DNA from: Winogradskyella tangerina
Lineage (GTDB): Bacteria; Bacteroidota; Bacteroidia; Flavobacteriales; Flavobacteriaceae
NCBI RefSeq assembly: GCF_003260205.1
Contig: NZ_QERF01000001.1
Span: 553,985-617,984 of the forward strand
Direction: 5' to 3'
DNA: 64,000 nt
This document shows, piece by piece, positions 30,343-41,179 of this stretch (positions are counted from its first letter, which is position 1; every line of letters starts with the position of its first letter). The notes under the pieces were generated by a model that saw only the letters and a program-made list of their open reading frames with translations, was not told the origin of the DNA and searched no databases. The translations under genes were made by a program, and so were the position numbers.

Positions 30343-31473
30343 TTGGCGCTAACTTCTGAAATATTTCAAGTTGTAGATGACATTCCAAAATCGTATTGGG
30401 AAACACTCAATTGCACCTCCAATATTTACTATTCTCCCGAATTTTTAAAAACATTCGAACTTGCGAATACCGATATAGAATTCAATTATATATTCATTCT
30501 AAAAGATAAAGAACCCGTTGCCTTTGCCAATACTCAACTGGTAACCATAGGCATAGAAACCATCACTAAAAACATTAGGATGTCTCCTAGAATAAGGCGC
30601 ATCGTAAACAACATGTTCTGTAAAAACAGCATTAAGGTATTGTTCTGCGGGAATGTTTTTTTAAGTGGTGAATATGGCACTTTTCTGAAGGAAGGCGAAC
30701 CAAAAGTTGAAACGTTTGGTGCGATTGCAAAAGCTGTTAAGAAGTTGTACAGGTGTCGACGACTTCACACTATCTTTATCAAAGATTTTGAAAACGAATC
30801 GCTCTATATCACCGATCATTTAAAATCCTTTGACTACGCGTCAATGCATGTAGAACCTAACATGATTATTTATCTGAAGCCCGAATGGCAATCCTTCAGC
30901 GATTATACCGACGCTCTAAAATCTAAATACAGAGTAAAAGCTAACCGTGCCGATGCGAAAAGTGAAGCATTAGAGTCCAAAATATTTACAGTTGAAGACA
31001 TTAAAAAGCATAAAAACGAACTTCAGGCCTTATACCAAAACACCATAGATAATGCCGATTTTAACGCGCAGATCTTAAATCTCGACACCTATATTCATCT
31101 TAAAAACACCTTCAAGGAAAAATTTATTGTGAAAGGATACTTCTTAAGCGGCCAGCTTGTAGGGTTTCTGTCGGCCATGCAAAATGGAAGTAATCTCGAT
31201 GCACATTTTATTGGTATCGACTATGAAAACAATAAAGAATATGGTATTTATCCTAGAATTCTGAACGATTATGTACGAATAGGGATTGCTACAGAATCGA
31301 AGCAAATTAACCTAGGTCGCACTGCTTCAGAAATTAAAAGCACCTTAGGTGCCCAGCCAAAAACATTAACCTGTTATTGCAAACACAAGCATTTCCTTCC
31401 GAATCAGATTTTGAAACCTTTCGTGAAGAATGTTCAAATAAAATCGTTTAAACAGCACCAACCATTTAAGTGA
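30343..31473 (+). CDS. GNAT-fold/FemAB-like acyltransferase family protein (hypothetical)
   Basis: It is about 376 aa with a GNAT-like C-terminal half. Its start overlaps the end of the upstream gene. The call is tentative. Confidence 0.4.
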   Translation: MALTSEIFQVVDDIPKSYWETLNCTSNIYYSPEFLKTFELANTDIEFNYIFILKDKEPVAFANTQLVTIGIETITKNIRMSPRIRRIVNNMFCKNSIKVLFCGNVFLSGEYGTFLKEGEPKVETFGAIAKAVKKLYRCRRLHTIFIKDFENESLYITDHLKSFDYASMHVEPNMIIYLKPEWQSFSDYTDALKSKYRVKANRADAKSEALESKIFTVEDIKKHKNELQALYQNTIDNADFNAQILNLDTYIHLKNTFKEKFIVKGYFLSGQLVGFLSAMQNGSNLDAHFIGIDYENNKEYGIYPRILNDYVRIGIATESKQINLGRTASEIKSTLGAQPKTLTCYCKHKHFLPNQILKPFVKNVQIKSFKQHQPFK

Positions 31474-31476
31474 TTG

Positions 31477-31956
31477 CTAAATTTCAATTGGCTTCGGCCT
31501 TACACCATGCTTGCGCGTATCTGCTTTGGTTAAAATCTTAAAATCTTCAGATTTCGGGAATTTATCTGCCAATTCTAATAACGGAGCTGGCAAAGCAGTA
31601 AGCTTACGAGCTGTGAGGTCAATCCATCCGCCCTGCATTTCGCAGTAAGCAAGATGATCTCCTTTTTCATTGTAGAAATTATGTTTGAACATAAAAAGCA
31701 TACCATCTTCGCTTAATCCAGAAACCTCAATAGTGACCGTTATTGGTGCACCTATGAACGATTCTTTAAAATAATACATATGCTCATAAAATACTACCGG
31801 ACCAACATTATGCTTTCTAATTTCGGGCATTGAAAATCCGTGATTACCAAAAAATGACATTCGTGCATGACTCATAAAATTGGTATATGCCGAATTTGCC
31901 AAATGCCCATTCGCATCGACATCGCTCCAACGGATCTCAAATTGTTTTTTGTACAT
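31477..31956 (-). CDS. acyl-CoA thioesterase (4HBT/hotdog fold)
   Basis: It has RWSDVDANGHL and the hotdog-fold signature. Confidence 0.75.
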   Translation of the reverse strand: MYKKQFEIRWSDVDANGHLANSAYTNFMSHARMSFFGNHGFSMPEIRKHNVGPVVFYEHMYYFKESFIGAPITVTIEVSGLSEDGMLFMFKHNFYNEKGDHLAYCEMQGGWIDLTARKLTALPAPLLELADKFPKSEDFKILTKADTRKHGVRPKPIEI

Positions 31957-32060
31957 ACTTCAAACTGATTAATGAAAAACAAAGTTAGAAAAAATATTAT
32001 GCGCGCATAGTAAATAGCTATTATTTAACTTTGATTTAATGCCAGTTCAATTTTGTACCT

Positions 32061-32945
32061 TTGCCCAACTTTAATCGCATCGTATTAATGATACAATCAA
32101 TGACAGGTTACGGGAAATCTGTATTACAGCTTCCTACCAAAAAAATATCTATTGAATTAAAATCTCTTAACAGCAAAAACCTGGATGTTAATGCCAGAAT
32201 GCCATCAACCTACCGCGCAAAAGAACTCGATATAAGAAAAGATATCGCCAAACAGCTTGTTCGTGGTAAAGTAGATTTTTCACTCTATGTTGAAATTACC
32301 GGTGAAGAGACCTCATCAAAAATAAATAAGACTGTTGTACAGGAATATATTAAACAACTTAAAGGTGTAGTTGACGGTGATGCTACTGAATTACTAAAAA
32401 TGGCAATCCGTCTTCCTGATGCAGTAACCACAGAACGCGACGATATTGACGAAGAAGAATGGGGTTTAATTGCTAATGGTATTAATGAAGCAATTTCAAA
32501 AATTGTTGCTTACAGAAAGGATGAAGGGGCTATTTTAAAACAAGACTTCATTAACAGAATTGGCACATTAAAACAGCTTCTTGAAGCGGTAATTGTTATG
32601 GATCCTGAGCGAATCGATGGCGTTAGAGCACGACTCGAGAAAGGCATTTCTGAAATCAAAGAAAAAGTTGACGAGAATCGTTTTGAGCAAGAACTTGTTT
32701 ATTACATAGAAAAATTTGATATCACTGAAGAGAAAGTACGATTAGATAATCATCTCGATTATTTTATCAAAGCACTAAATTCTGATGATTCGAATGGCAA
32801 AAAACTAGGCTTTATTTCACAGGAAATAGGAAGAGAAATCAACACCATTGGCTCTAAATCTAATTATGCACCAATGCAGAAATTAGTCGTTCAAATGAAA
32901 GACGAGCTCGAAAAGATTAAAGAACAATTACTGAACGTACTTTAA
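32061..32945 (+). CDS. yicC: YicC-family stress-induced protein
   Basis: MTGYGK is near the N-terminus, which matches the YicC N- and C-terminal domains. It lies upstream of gmk, the usual synteny. Confidence 0.8.
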   Translation: MPNFNRIVLMIQSMTGYGKSVLQLPTKKISIELKSLNSKNLDVNARMPSTYRAKELDIRKDIAKQLVRGKVDFSLYVEITGEETSSKINKTVVQEYIKQLKGVVDGDATELLKMAIRLPDAVTTERDDIDEEEWGLIANGINEAISKIVAYRKDEGAILKQDFINRIGTLKQLLEAVIVMDPERIDGVRARLEKGISEIKEKVDENRFEQELVYYIEKFDITEEKVRLDNHLDYFIKALNSDDSNGKKLGFISQEIGREINTIGSKSNYAPMQKLVVQMKDELEKIKEQLLNVL

Positions 32946-32958
32946 AAATATCAACTGC

Positions 32959-33546
32959 GTGCTAAAAGATTCAAAAAAACAAGGTAAACTTATCGTATTC
33001 TCAGCACCTTCAGGCTCGGGAAAAACAACAATAGTTCGGCATTTATTAAAACAGGAAGAGCTTAATTTAGAATTTTCAATTTCTGCAACCTCTAGAGATA
33101 AGCGTGGCAACGAACAACACGGCAAAGACTATTATTATTTGTCGCTCAAAGAGTTTAAGAATAAGATAAAAGCCGACGAATTTTTAGAATGGGAAGAGGT
33201 CTACAGAGATAATTTTTATGGCACCTTGAAGGCCGAAGTTGAACGTATCTGGGCCAAAGGCAAGCATGTAATTTTTGATATCGACGTTTCTGGTGGACTT
33301 CGTATTAAACGTAAATTCCCGGAACAAACTCTAGCGGTTTTCGTAAAGCCACCAGACCTCAACGAATTGGTGCGTCGTTTGAAAGACCGCGGAGAGGAAA
33401 GTGAAGATAAAATAAGTATGCGCGTGGCAAAAGCACCTGCAGAATTGGCAACGGCGCCACTATTTGATGTGGTTGTGGTAAACTCTGATTTAGATACCGC
33501 CTTAAAAAATGCATATGAACTTGTTTCTGATTTTATAAATAGTTAA
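32959..33546 (+). CDS. gmk: guanylate kinase
   Basis: It has the P-loop GPSGSGKTT and the guanylate kinase fold. Confidence 0.9.
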   Translation: MLKDSKKQGKLIVFSAPSGSGKTTIVRHLLKQEELNLEFSISATSRDKRGNEQHGKDYYYLSLKEFKNKIKADEFLEWEEVYRDNFYGTLKAEVERIWAKGKHVIFDIDVSGGLRIKRKFPEQTLAVFVKPPDLNELVRRLKDRGEESEDKISMRVAKAPAELATAPLFDVVVVNSDLDTALKNAYELVSDFINS

Positions 33547-33548
33547 TC

Positions 33549-34139
33549 ATGAAAGTCGGACTTTATTTTGGCACGTTTAATCCTATTCATGTTGGGCATT
33601 TAACCATTGCTAATCACCTAGCAGAACATAGTGAGCTAGATCAGATTTGGTTTGTGGTTACACCTCAAAGTCCGTTCAAGAAAAAGAATAATATGCTCGA
33701 TGATCATCAACGTCTGGAAATGGTTTATCTGGCAACAAAAGACTACACCAAATTACGACCAAGTGATATTGAATTTAAGCTTAAACAGCCTAATTACACT
33801 ATCGATACTCTAACTTATTTATACGAGAAATATCCGCAACATCAATTCTCACTCATTATGGGTGAAGACAATCTGAAAAGTTTTCACAAGTGGAAAAACT
33901 ACGAGCTAATTATCGAAGAACACGACATTTATGTCTATCCAAGGTTGTCTGAGGGAAAAATTGACACGAGATTTAACGACCATCCTCGAATATTTAACAT
34001 TTCTGCTCCAATAATGGAGCTATCTTCAACGTTTATTAGAAACGAGATCAAAGCAGGTAGGAATGTTCGTCCAATGTTACCCGATAATGTGTGGCATTAT
34101 ATAGACGAAATGAATTTTTACAAACAATTTAAAAGTTAA
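33549..34139 (+). CDS. nadD: nicotinate-nucleotide adenylyltransferase
   Basis: It has GTFNPIHVGH (the HxGH nucleotidyltransferase motif). Confidence 0.9.
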   Translation: MKVGLYFGTFNPIHVGHLTIANHLAEHSELDQIWFVVTPQSPFKKKNNMLDDHQRLEMVYLATKDYTKLRPSDIEFKLKQPNYTIDTLTYLYEKYPQHQFSLIMGEDNLKSFHKWKNYELIIEEHDIYVYPRLSEGKIDTRFNDHPRIFNISAPIMELSSTFIRNEIKAGRNVRPMLPDNVWHYIDEMNFYKQFKS

Positions 34140-34205
34140 CAGCTATTAGCTTTTATATTCTTTCGAGAATAATTATTTTTAACTAGAAAAAAGATTGAAA
34201 AAGAT

Positions 34206-34544
34206 ATGACATTTACAATAGTTTTTTTGTCCGCTATAATTGCCCTCATTATTTCAAAAACAACCTCCATCGTAAAAAGAAATAACCTGAGTGCTTCTAG
34301 TGAAAAGCGCGTCTTAATTGCTGGTGTCCTCCTTACACTTTTTCTTTTAACTAACGTTACTTTACCATATCCTGAATCACTTTATTGGTTCATTGGCCTA
34401 AGTGTGGTTTTTGTGAGTTTTATTTTAACCTTTAGTGTTCTTAAACAAGAGCTAAAGCGATTCCTTAACCTAAAACTCCAAGATAAAATTGTAAATGTTT
34501 TGTTTTATAGTTTACTGCTAGTTGTAACCAACATCTACCTTTAA
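34206..34544 (+). CDS. hypothetical small membrane protein
   Basis: It has three or four TM helices and no recognisable motif. Confidence 0.4.
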   Translation: MTFTIVFLSAIIALIISKTTSIVKRNNLSASSEKRVLIAGVLLTLFLLTNVTLPYPESLYWFIGLSVVFVSFILTFSVLKQELKRFLNLKLQDKIVNVLFYSLLLVVTNIYL

Positions 34545-34900
34545 AAATGATAGAACGCATCTTCTAGATGTTCTATCTTAATTCCGTCCTTATTTTTTAC
34601 AATGGCAATAATGTCAAAACGTACTTCTACGTCTAAATCATTTGCAGTTATATATTCGTCGATAACCTTAACTAAATTTCGAATTTGTTTTGGTTTAACA
34701 AATTCCTGAGGATGTCCAAAATCTGTGGATGAACGCGTTTTCACCTCAATCACAGCTAAAACTTCACGCTTCTGAGCAATAATATCTATTTCAGCTTTTT
34801 GAAAACGATAATTTTGTTCTAAAATGTCGTATTTATTTTCAATTAAATAATCTATTGCTAGTTGCTCACCTTTTTTACCTAATTCATTATGCTGTGCCAT
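34541..34900 (-). CDS. yraN: YraN-family endonuclease (UPF0102)
   Basis: KGEQLAIDYL...EIDIIA...VIEVK shows a PD-(D/E)xK signature. Confidence 0.8.
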   Translation of the reverse strand: MAQHNELGKKGEQLAIDYLIENKYDILEQNYRFQKAEIDIIAQKREVLAVIEVKTRSSTDFGHPQEFVKPKQIRNLVKVIDEYITANDLDVEVRFDIIAIVKNKDGIKIEHLEDAFYHF

Positions 34901-34936
34901 GATTCAAAATTTAGAAAAATGTAGTACATTTAAATA

Positions 34937-36148
34937 GTGAATGTAATCGCCGTAACAATCAGTTTAATATTCGACTATCCTTTCAACTATAATGAATATA
35001 GCTCGCTGCTATTGCTCTTTTTTTTCCACGGCATGGTGTTCTCATTTTTATTGCTTCGGAATGGAATTATTCACAACAACAGAGCTAGTAAGTGGTTAAG
35101 CTTACTACTATTTCTGTGGGCCATGTATTTAATTCCTTATATGCTTGGCTACGCCGGATGGTACACAAGGGGTCTTAAAAGAGCAATAATGTTCTTTGTT
35201 CCGTTTATGCAGGTGCTTTTAATCGGTCCGGTTGTATATTTCTACACCAAAAGTTTACTAAACTCTAGCTTTAGGTTATCTAAAAAAGATTATCTCCATT
35301 TTATACCTGCCATTTTATATGCTATTTACAGCTTGGTGGTTTTTGTAACGGATAAACTCATTTTAGATGAGTACTACTTCTATGCAGACCAGAAAGATAA
35401 AGATCTGGCGGACTGGTATCAGATGGCGGGATTAATTTCTATGGTTTATTATCTCATAATTAGTCTACGATATTATTTCAACTATAAAAGGTTGCTTTTT
35501 GAAAAAGTAAGTTATGCCGAATCTATATTATTTGTATGGATAAGAAATTTTATGATTGCCTTTTTAGGCCTACTTGTACTTAGGGTATTGTTTTTCATTT
35601 TCGATAAAGACTGGGGCAATTTTGGCAGTCAGTTCTGGTATTACTTAGCCTTTTCAGTGGTTTTTTATTACATCGCTATTACTGGTTACAGCAATATCAT
35701 TAAGCAAATTACACTTGAAGGCGAAAAACTAAAAGTAGTAAACGTATTTGTTGATGAGGAAGTTGAATCCCCTGAAACCAAGGATGAGCTAAAAGAGCTC
35801 GATAAGGACCATGCTATCTGGAAATCAAAACTATCCGACCTAATGAAGGATAAACGACTCTTCGAAAACCCGAGACTTACACTTTCTGATGTTGCCCAAG
35901 AATTGAACATCACTACAAAAACAGTTTCTTCAGCTGTTAATTCTGGTTTTAATATGAATTTTAATGATTTTATTAATCATTATAGAATTGAGGCTGTTAA
36001 AGATAAACTGAACAAAGGCGAACACAATAGTACCACATTATTAGGGATTGCTCTAGACTCGGGATTTAACAGTAAAGCCACTTTTAATAGAGCATTTAAA
36101 AAAAGCACCTCCTTATCGCCTAAGGATTATATTGAAAAATTATCTTAA
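34937..36148 (+). CDS. membrane-anchored AraC-family transcriptional regulator
   Basis: It has a multi-TM N-terminal half and a C-terminal AraC HTH (LSDVAQELNITTKTVSSAVN...YRIEAVKDKL...GFNSKATFNRAFKK). Confidence 0.7.
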   Translation: MNVIAVTISLIFDYPFNYNEYSSLLLLFFFHGMVFSFLLLRNGIIHNNRASKWLSLLLFLWAMYLIPYMLGYAGWYTRGLKRAIMFFVPFMQVLLIGPVVYFYTKSLLNSSFRLSKKDYLHFIPAILYAIYSLVVFVTDKLILDEYYFYADQKDKDLADWYQMAGLISMVYYLIISLRYYFNYKRLLFEKVSYAESILFVWIRNFMIAFLGLLVLRVLFFIFDKDWGNFGSQFWYYLAFSVVFYYIAITGYSNIIKQITLEGEKLKVVNVFVDEEVESPETKDELKELDKDHAIWKSKLSDLMKDKRLFENPRLTLSDVAQELNITTKTVSSAVNSGFNMNFNDFINHYRIEAVKDKLNKGEHNSTTLLGIALDSGFNSKATFNRAFKKSTSLSPKDYIEKLS

Positions 36149-36224
36149 AACAGGTCTCAAATCAAGATTTGAAGCGTTTGGTGTTGTAATTTCATAGAGA
36201 TTTGTGGAAAATAATAATAAGACC

Positions 36225-38375
36225 ATGAAAACATTCGCCACCCTTTTTGCAGTAGTCATATCATTCGGACTGCATGCACAAGACCTTTCCAAACAATTTA
36301 AAGATATCGATTCTATAATTGAATCTAAGATCAAAAAAGATCATCCAGGGCTTATGGTCGGTATCGTAAAAGATGGAAATATCATCTATGAAAAATACCA
36401 CGGTCTGGCTAATCTCTCATTCAAAATAAAAATGGATGAAAACACAAGATCGAACATAGCTTCTACGGCGAAACAGTTTACGGCTTTAATGATTTTGAAA
36501 TTATCATTAGAAGGAAAACTAGATTTAGAAGATGACATTCGTAAATATATGCCCAACTTATATCCACAAGTAAAAGAGGAAATCAAGATTAGGCATCTTA
36601 TAAATCATACCGCAGGTATAAGGGATTATGTGGGCTTAATGGATATGCAAGGTGAAGCATTTTGGAAGCGCGTTGGTCTGAATAATAATGATATCATAGA
36701 ACTAACAGAAAACCAACAAGAACTGGCTTTTAAACCAGGAACTGACTATTCATATAGCAATTCGGGTTATGTAGTTTTAGCGAAAATTATTGAAAACGTT
36801 ACGGATGAAAAGTTCACCGATTATTCAAAAAAATTCTTCGAAGAACTAGGCATGAATAACACCGCCTTCATTGAGGGTTATATGCGCGTTATACCAAATA
36901 GAGCAGAACCTTATGCAGATTGGGGAAGTGGCGTTTGGTTTCAATCACCAACGGTCACCAAAACAGCGGGTGAAGGATTTTTATACACAACATTAAAAGA
37001 CCAACTCATTTATGAACAAGCTGTGCAAAACGCAGAAAAAAAGAATAACGAGTTATTGATTAAAAGTCAGAAAGCCATTCCTAATAGTGAAATTACAACC
37101 TATGGTTACGGCTTAAGGCTTTTCAATTGGTATTGGGGTGAACGTGCCTCAGTGCATCATGATGGAGGAACTAATGGTTATAATTCGCAAACTGTGAGGT
37201 TCACAGACGATAAGCTCACCGTTTTTGTAATGAGTAATAACGGCAATATCGGTAGCGACGTCATCGCTGATGAAGTTGCAAACGTTTTACTTCCAAAAAT
37301 AGAAGTGAAGAAAAATACAACATACGATAGTCGATATTATGACACTGCGAATACCTCGACGCAACAACAAGTAATAGGACAGTATATTTCTTCAAAAGGC
37401 ACATTGATCAGGATTGTTGAAGTAGAAGGAAAGACCTACTACAAAAGAGGCGGAAACGTCACTATAGAATTAATTCCAGAAAGTAAAAATCAGTTTTATC
37501 CTTCTTATAATTCTGAAGAAAAAATTGTGTTTTATAAAGATGAAATGATCCTATTTGAACCATCGGGAGAGACTAAAATTTTTGAAAGAAGTACAGCATT
37601 ACCAGCTACATTGTCCGATTTGAAAAATTTCGTTGGAAGATACGATAGTGCTGAATTAGATATGAGTTTCGAACTTAGACTCACTGAAGACAACGAACTT
37701 AAGATCAAATTTTCGAACAGAGAAGACGAACGCGATGTTACAGCTCTAAACCGAGATGAATTACTTTCACGCAATTTTATTTTGAAAGTAGAAAGAGATC
37801 AATTTGATAGGCCTGCCGATATATTGGTTACACTCGGAAGAGCAGCAAATAATCGATTCAAAAAGAAAACCAACCTGAAATTTCAGCCGCAAATTCCAAC
37901 AGAAGGTGGTACAATTCAAGTAACTACTATTGGTTCTCGCGAAGGTGATAATTCAGATATATTACTCACTAAAAACTACCTAAACGGTAACGAAATTTGG
38001 AATAAACGATTTGGTGGAAAGAGCTATGACAAAGCAAGTTCAATTGTTGCAACACCAGATGGTTATCTTATTGTTGGATCAACGAGTTCTTATGGTAATG
38101 GCAATTATGACATGTATGTTATAAAAACCGATAAGGATGGTAAAAAGGAATGGCAAAATACCTACGGTGATTTTTATAATGAATACGGTTATACCGCCGA
38201 GGTTACCGACAAAGGTTATGTAATTAAAGGAACAATTCAGAAATGTACTTCTAATTCTGACGTCTTTAATAGAACCTGCACAACCAATGTGTGGTTTGTA
38301 TCCATAGATGACGACGGTAAAGAAATATCTAATGAAATTCTAGACGAAATTAAGAAAGAAGGTCATGAAGGATAA
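36225..38375 (+). CDS. serine hydrolase (beta-lactamase/transpeptidase-like) with a C-terminal beta-propeller-like repeat region
   Basis: It has a signal peptide, an SxxK motif (STAKQF), YSYSN, and the HHDGGTNGY region. The C-terminal region of about 200 aa has repetitive YG/GY-rich strands. Confidence 0.75.
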   Translation: MKTFATLFAVVISFGLHAQDLSKQFKDIDSIIESKIKKDHPGLMVGIVKDGNIIYEKYHGLANLSFKIKMDENTRSNIASTAKQFTALMILKLSLEGKLDLEDDIRKYMPNLYPQVKEEIKIRHLINHTAGIRDYVGLMDMQGEAFWKRVGLNNNDIIELTENQQELAFKPGTDYSYSNSGYVVLAKIIENVTDEKFTDYSKKFFEELGMNNTAFIEGYMRVIPNRAEPYADWGSGVWFQSPTVTKTAGEGFLYTTLKDQLIYEQAVQNAEKKNNELLIKSQKAIPNSEITTYGYGLRLFNWYWGERASVHHDGGTNGYNSQTVRFTDDKLTVFVMSNNGNIGSDVIADEVANVLLPKIEVKKNTTYDSRYYDTANTSTQQQVIGQYISSKGTLIRIVEVEGKTYYKRGGNVTIELIPESKNQFYPSYNSEEKIVFYKDEMILFEPSGETKIFERSTALPATLSDLKNFVGRYDSAELDMSFELRLTEDNELKIKFSNREDERDVTALNRDELLSRNFILKVERDQFDRPADILVTLGRAANNRFKKKTNLKFQPQIPTEGGTIQVTTIGSREGDNSDILLTKNYLNGNEIWNKRFGGKSYDKASSIVATPDGYLIVGSTSSYGNGNYDMYVIKTDKDGKKEWQNTYGDFYNEYGYTAEVTDKGYVIKGTIQKCTSNSDVFNRTCTTNVWFVSIDDDGKEISNEILDEIKKEGHEG

Positions 38376-40041
38376 TTTATATGCTATCACAAAGGCATTA
38401 GTGCTTTGCGTGGTATACATAACCTTAGACTCTTGTAAATCTAAACCTTCACAACTAAGTAATCTTCAAATTCAACGTTTAGATTCCATTGCTACTATAG
38501 ATGTCCCTAAGGACGCTCCTGGTGTAGCCGTGGGAATAGTACTGAATGGAGAAATCGTTTATGAAAAGTACGCGGGTTATGCCAATCTTGAAGACAGCCT
38601 GTTAATAGAAAAGAATTCAAGGTTTAATATTGCGTCTAACGGAAAACAGTTTACAGCATTAGCCATACTAGAACTTATTGAAAATGGTAAACTTAAACTT
38701 GAAGATGATATCAGAACGTTCTTCCCTGAGCTTTATCCAGCTGTAAAAGACAAGATCACTGTAGCGCATTTACTAAATCATTCAAGTGGTATTAGAGATG
38801 TCTATGATCTTTGGTCACTTCAAGGGCTTACCTGGTGGGAACATACCTTTGATAATAACGATGTACTAGAACTTTTAAAAAAGCAAACTGAACTCAACTT
38901 TGTACCTGGTTCAAAATACGCCTACAGTAATTCAAATTATATGCTTCTTGCTGAGATCGTGGCTATTGTTTCAGAAAGTAGCTTCGTTGATTACACCAAT
39001 AAAATGTTTTCCGATCTTAATATGCCTAATACCTCATTTGTTGCAGACCACACGGCTATTAAAGGCCCGATAGCTGAACCCTATTTTAACTTCGATACTT
39101 GGTTTAATTATGATTGGATTTGGAATGCCCATGGTGATGGAAATATCTTCTCAACCCTTGAAGATCAATTGGAATTTGAAAAAATTCTTCAGACTAAAAA
39201 AAACCAAAGATTTTCAAAAAAGGTATTGATTCAGAGTCAGTCATTAATTCCTAATTCCACCATCGAAAATTATGGCTATGGAGTTGAATTTATGGAGCAT
39301 CAAAATATTCCTTACAAATATCACGGTGGTTCCACAGGTGCCTGGAAGGCGATAACAGCCCGATTTGAAAATCAGAAGTTTTCTATTGTTACACTCACCA
39401 ATAGCGGAAAGACGGATCCTATGACACAGACTTTAAATAGTGCTAATGTTCTGCTCGAATTAAATCCTGATACTAACGACATAAAATTACAGCCAGATTC
39501 GATCGGACCTTATGTTGAGATTGATGCCATTACAGGTATGTACGAGATTGAAGGTTATATATGGGAATTTGTAGTGAGAGACGAAGAACTATTTTTGCTT
39601 AGAACAGGTCGGAATGATACGAAATTGATACGTGAAGCCGATAATGTGTTTCAGCAATGGAATGATGCGCCATTTAAGCAAGAATTCACCAAAAATGAAA
39701 AAGGTGAAATGCAGGTTACAGCCTATTACCCTAATACGCCGACTTTTACATTAACACGAAGAAATACTGACTTTTCAGATTTTGATTTCAAGGCCCTAGA
39801 CGGTAAATATATTAATGAAGAGACTGGTGTTACCTTCGAAATAAATTATCAGACAGGTCTGAAATACAGCATCAAAAATGCAGCAGATGATATGACAGCG
39901 ATATTATTATCAACTGAAAAATTAGTCATTAACGATTACGGCTACAGTTTAATAATAGGTATGGAAAAAGAGGATGATACGCATGACTTATTTTTAACTT
40001 CTGGAAGGATTCAGAATGTACGATTTTCAAAAGTTGAATAG
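38365..40041 (+). CDS. serine hydrolase (beta-lactamase family), paralog of the upstream gene
   Basis: It has SNGKQF (SxxK), YAYSN and HGGSTGAW. It overlaps the upstream paralog by 11 nt. Confidence 0.75.
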   Translation: MKDNLYAITKALVLCVVYITLDSCKSKPSQLSNLQIQRLDSIATIDVPKDAPGVAVGIVLNGEIVYEKYAGYANLEDSLLIEKNSRFNIASNGKQFTALAILELIENGKLKLEDDIRTFFPELYPAVKDKITVAHLLNHSSGIRDVYDLWSLQGLTWWEHTFDNNDVLELLKKQTELNFVPGSKYAYSNSNYMLLAEIVAIVSESSFVDYTNKMFSDLNMPNTSFVADHTAIKGPIAEPYFNFDTWFNYDWIWNAHGDGNIFSTLEDQLEFEKILQTKKNQRFSKKVLIQSQSLIPNSTIENYGYGVEFMEHQNIPYKYHGGSTGAWKAITARFENQKFSIVTLTNSGKTDPMTQTLNSANVLLELNPDTNDIKLQPDSIGPYVEIDAITGMYEIEGYIWEFVVRDEELFLLRTGRNDTKLIREADNVFQQWNDAPFKQEFTKNEKGEMQVTAYYPNTPTFTLTRRNTDFSDFDFKALDGKYINEETGVTFEINYQTGLKYSIKNAADDMTAILLSTEKLVINDYGYSLIIGMEKEDDTHDLFLTSGRIQNVRFSKVE

Positions 40042-40073
40042 TTCTTGAAGACTAATCTAAGGATGCTTGCTTT

Positions 40074-41123
40074 TTAATTAAACTTTAAAGTGGACCCACG
40101 TTTATTAACCTTCAACTCGATTGTTCTTCCCAAAACCAAGGCTCTGTTATCATCTTCATGACCAGCCGGCATATTGAAGGCAATCGGGAAATCATATTCG
40201 GCTAAAGCATCAAGAATTAATTGCTCAATTGATGTTCCCCAGAGGGTTGTGTTTTTCCTGAGTTTTGACATGTCGCCAACGATCAAACCCTTCAGATTAT
40301 CAAAATAACCTGCGCGTTTCATGCTTTGTAGCATGCGGTCTATATGGTATTTATACTCTCCGATCTCTTCAATAAATAAGATCTTGCCACTTGTATCGAT
40401 ACTTTCATCAGAACCCAACATGGTATGTAACATGGTTAAGTTACCACCAACCAGCATACCTTCGGCCTCACCAATTCGGTTATAATCTGAAGCTTCTAAA
40501 GAATAATCAGTTGGGGTTCCAAAAATCGCAGATTTAAAGGTATCAACAGAAGCTTGTATTTCACTAAGTTTTTCTGTTAAGCTAACACACATTAAAGCAT
40601 GAATAGATTCAAACCCCTGGTTATGCAATTGATTATGGAGCGCTGTAATATCACTGAAACCAATGACCCATTTAGGATGTTCTTTGAATTTGGTATAATC
40701 TAATTTATCTAAAATCCGAACTGTTCCATAGCCACCTCTGGCACACCAAATAGCACTTATTTTAGGGTCATCCATCGCATTTTGAAAATCTTCACAGCGT
40801 TCCTCGTCAGTGCCAGCAAAGTGGTTGGCCTTGCTAAACACATGTGGCCCAACTACCGCATATAATCCCCAACTCTCCAATAATTCAACGGCTTGTTGTA
40901 CTTCACGTTCTCGGTTTTTTAGAATTCCAGAAGGTGCTACGATTGCCACAGTATCACCGGCTTTTAAATAAGGTGGTTGAATTAAACCTAATGTCATTTC
41001 GGTAGAATTATCAATTTCACTTTGAGCATAACCTCGGTTAATTATCCCAATATTAAGTGTAAGGATCAATGAAAAAACGAGACTTCTCAAAATCATAAAA
41101 AACAGCTTTTTGTAAATGTACAT
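40074..41123 (-). CDS. LD-carboxypeptidase (peptidase S66, LdcA/MccF-like)
   Basis: It has VIGFSDITALH (Ser nucleophile) and catalytic His/Glu in the C-terminal domain. Confidence 0.8.
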   Translation of the reverse strand: MYIYKKLFFMILRSLVFSLILTLNIGIINRGYAQSEIDNSTEMTLGLIQPPYLKAGDTVAIVAPSGILKNREREVQQAVELLESWGLYAVVGPHVFSKANHFAGTDEERCEDFQNAMDDPKISAIWCARGGYGTVRILDKLDYTKFKEHPKWVIGFSDITALHNQLHNQGFESIHALMCVSLTEKLSEIQASVDTFKSAIFGTPTDYSLEASDYNRIGEAEGMLVGGNLTMLHTMLGSDESIDTSGKILFIEEIGEYKYHIDRMLQSMKRAGYFDNLKGLIVGDMSKLRKNTTLWGTSIEQLILDALAEYDFPIAFNMPAGHEDDNRALVLGRTIELKVNKRGSTLKFN

Positions 41124-41179
41124 TTTTTTTAGAACTGTTTTTATATTGTGTACTTTTGTAGCTTCAAATTATTGAAATC

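Noticed and set aside
36140-36334. 64-aa minus-strand ORF overlapping the start of the serine-hydrolase gene
   Set aside because: It overlaps two well-supported plus-strand genes and has no motif, so it is likely spurious.
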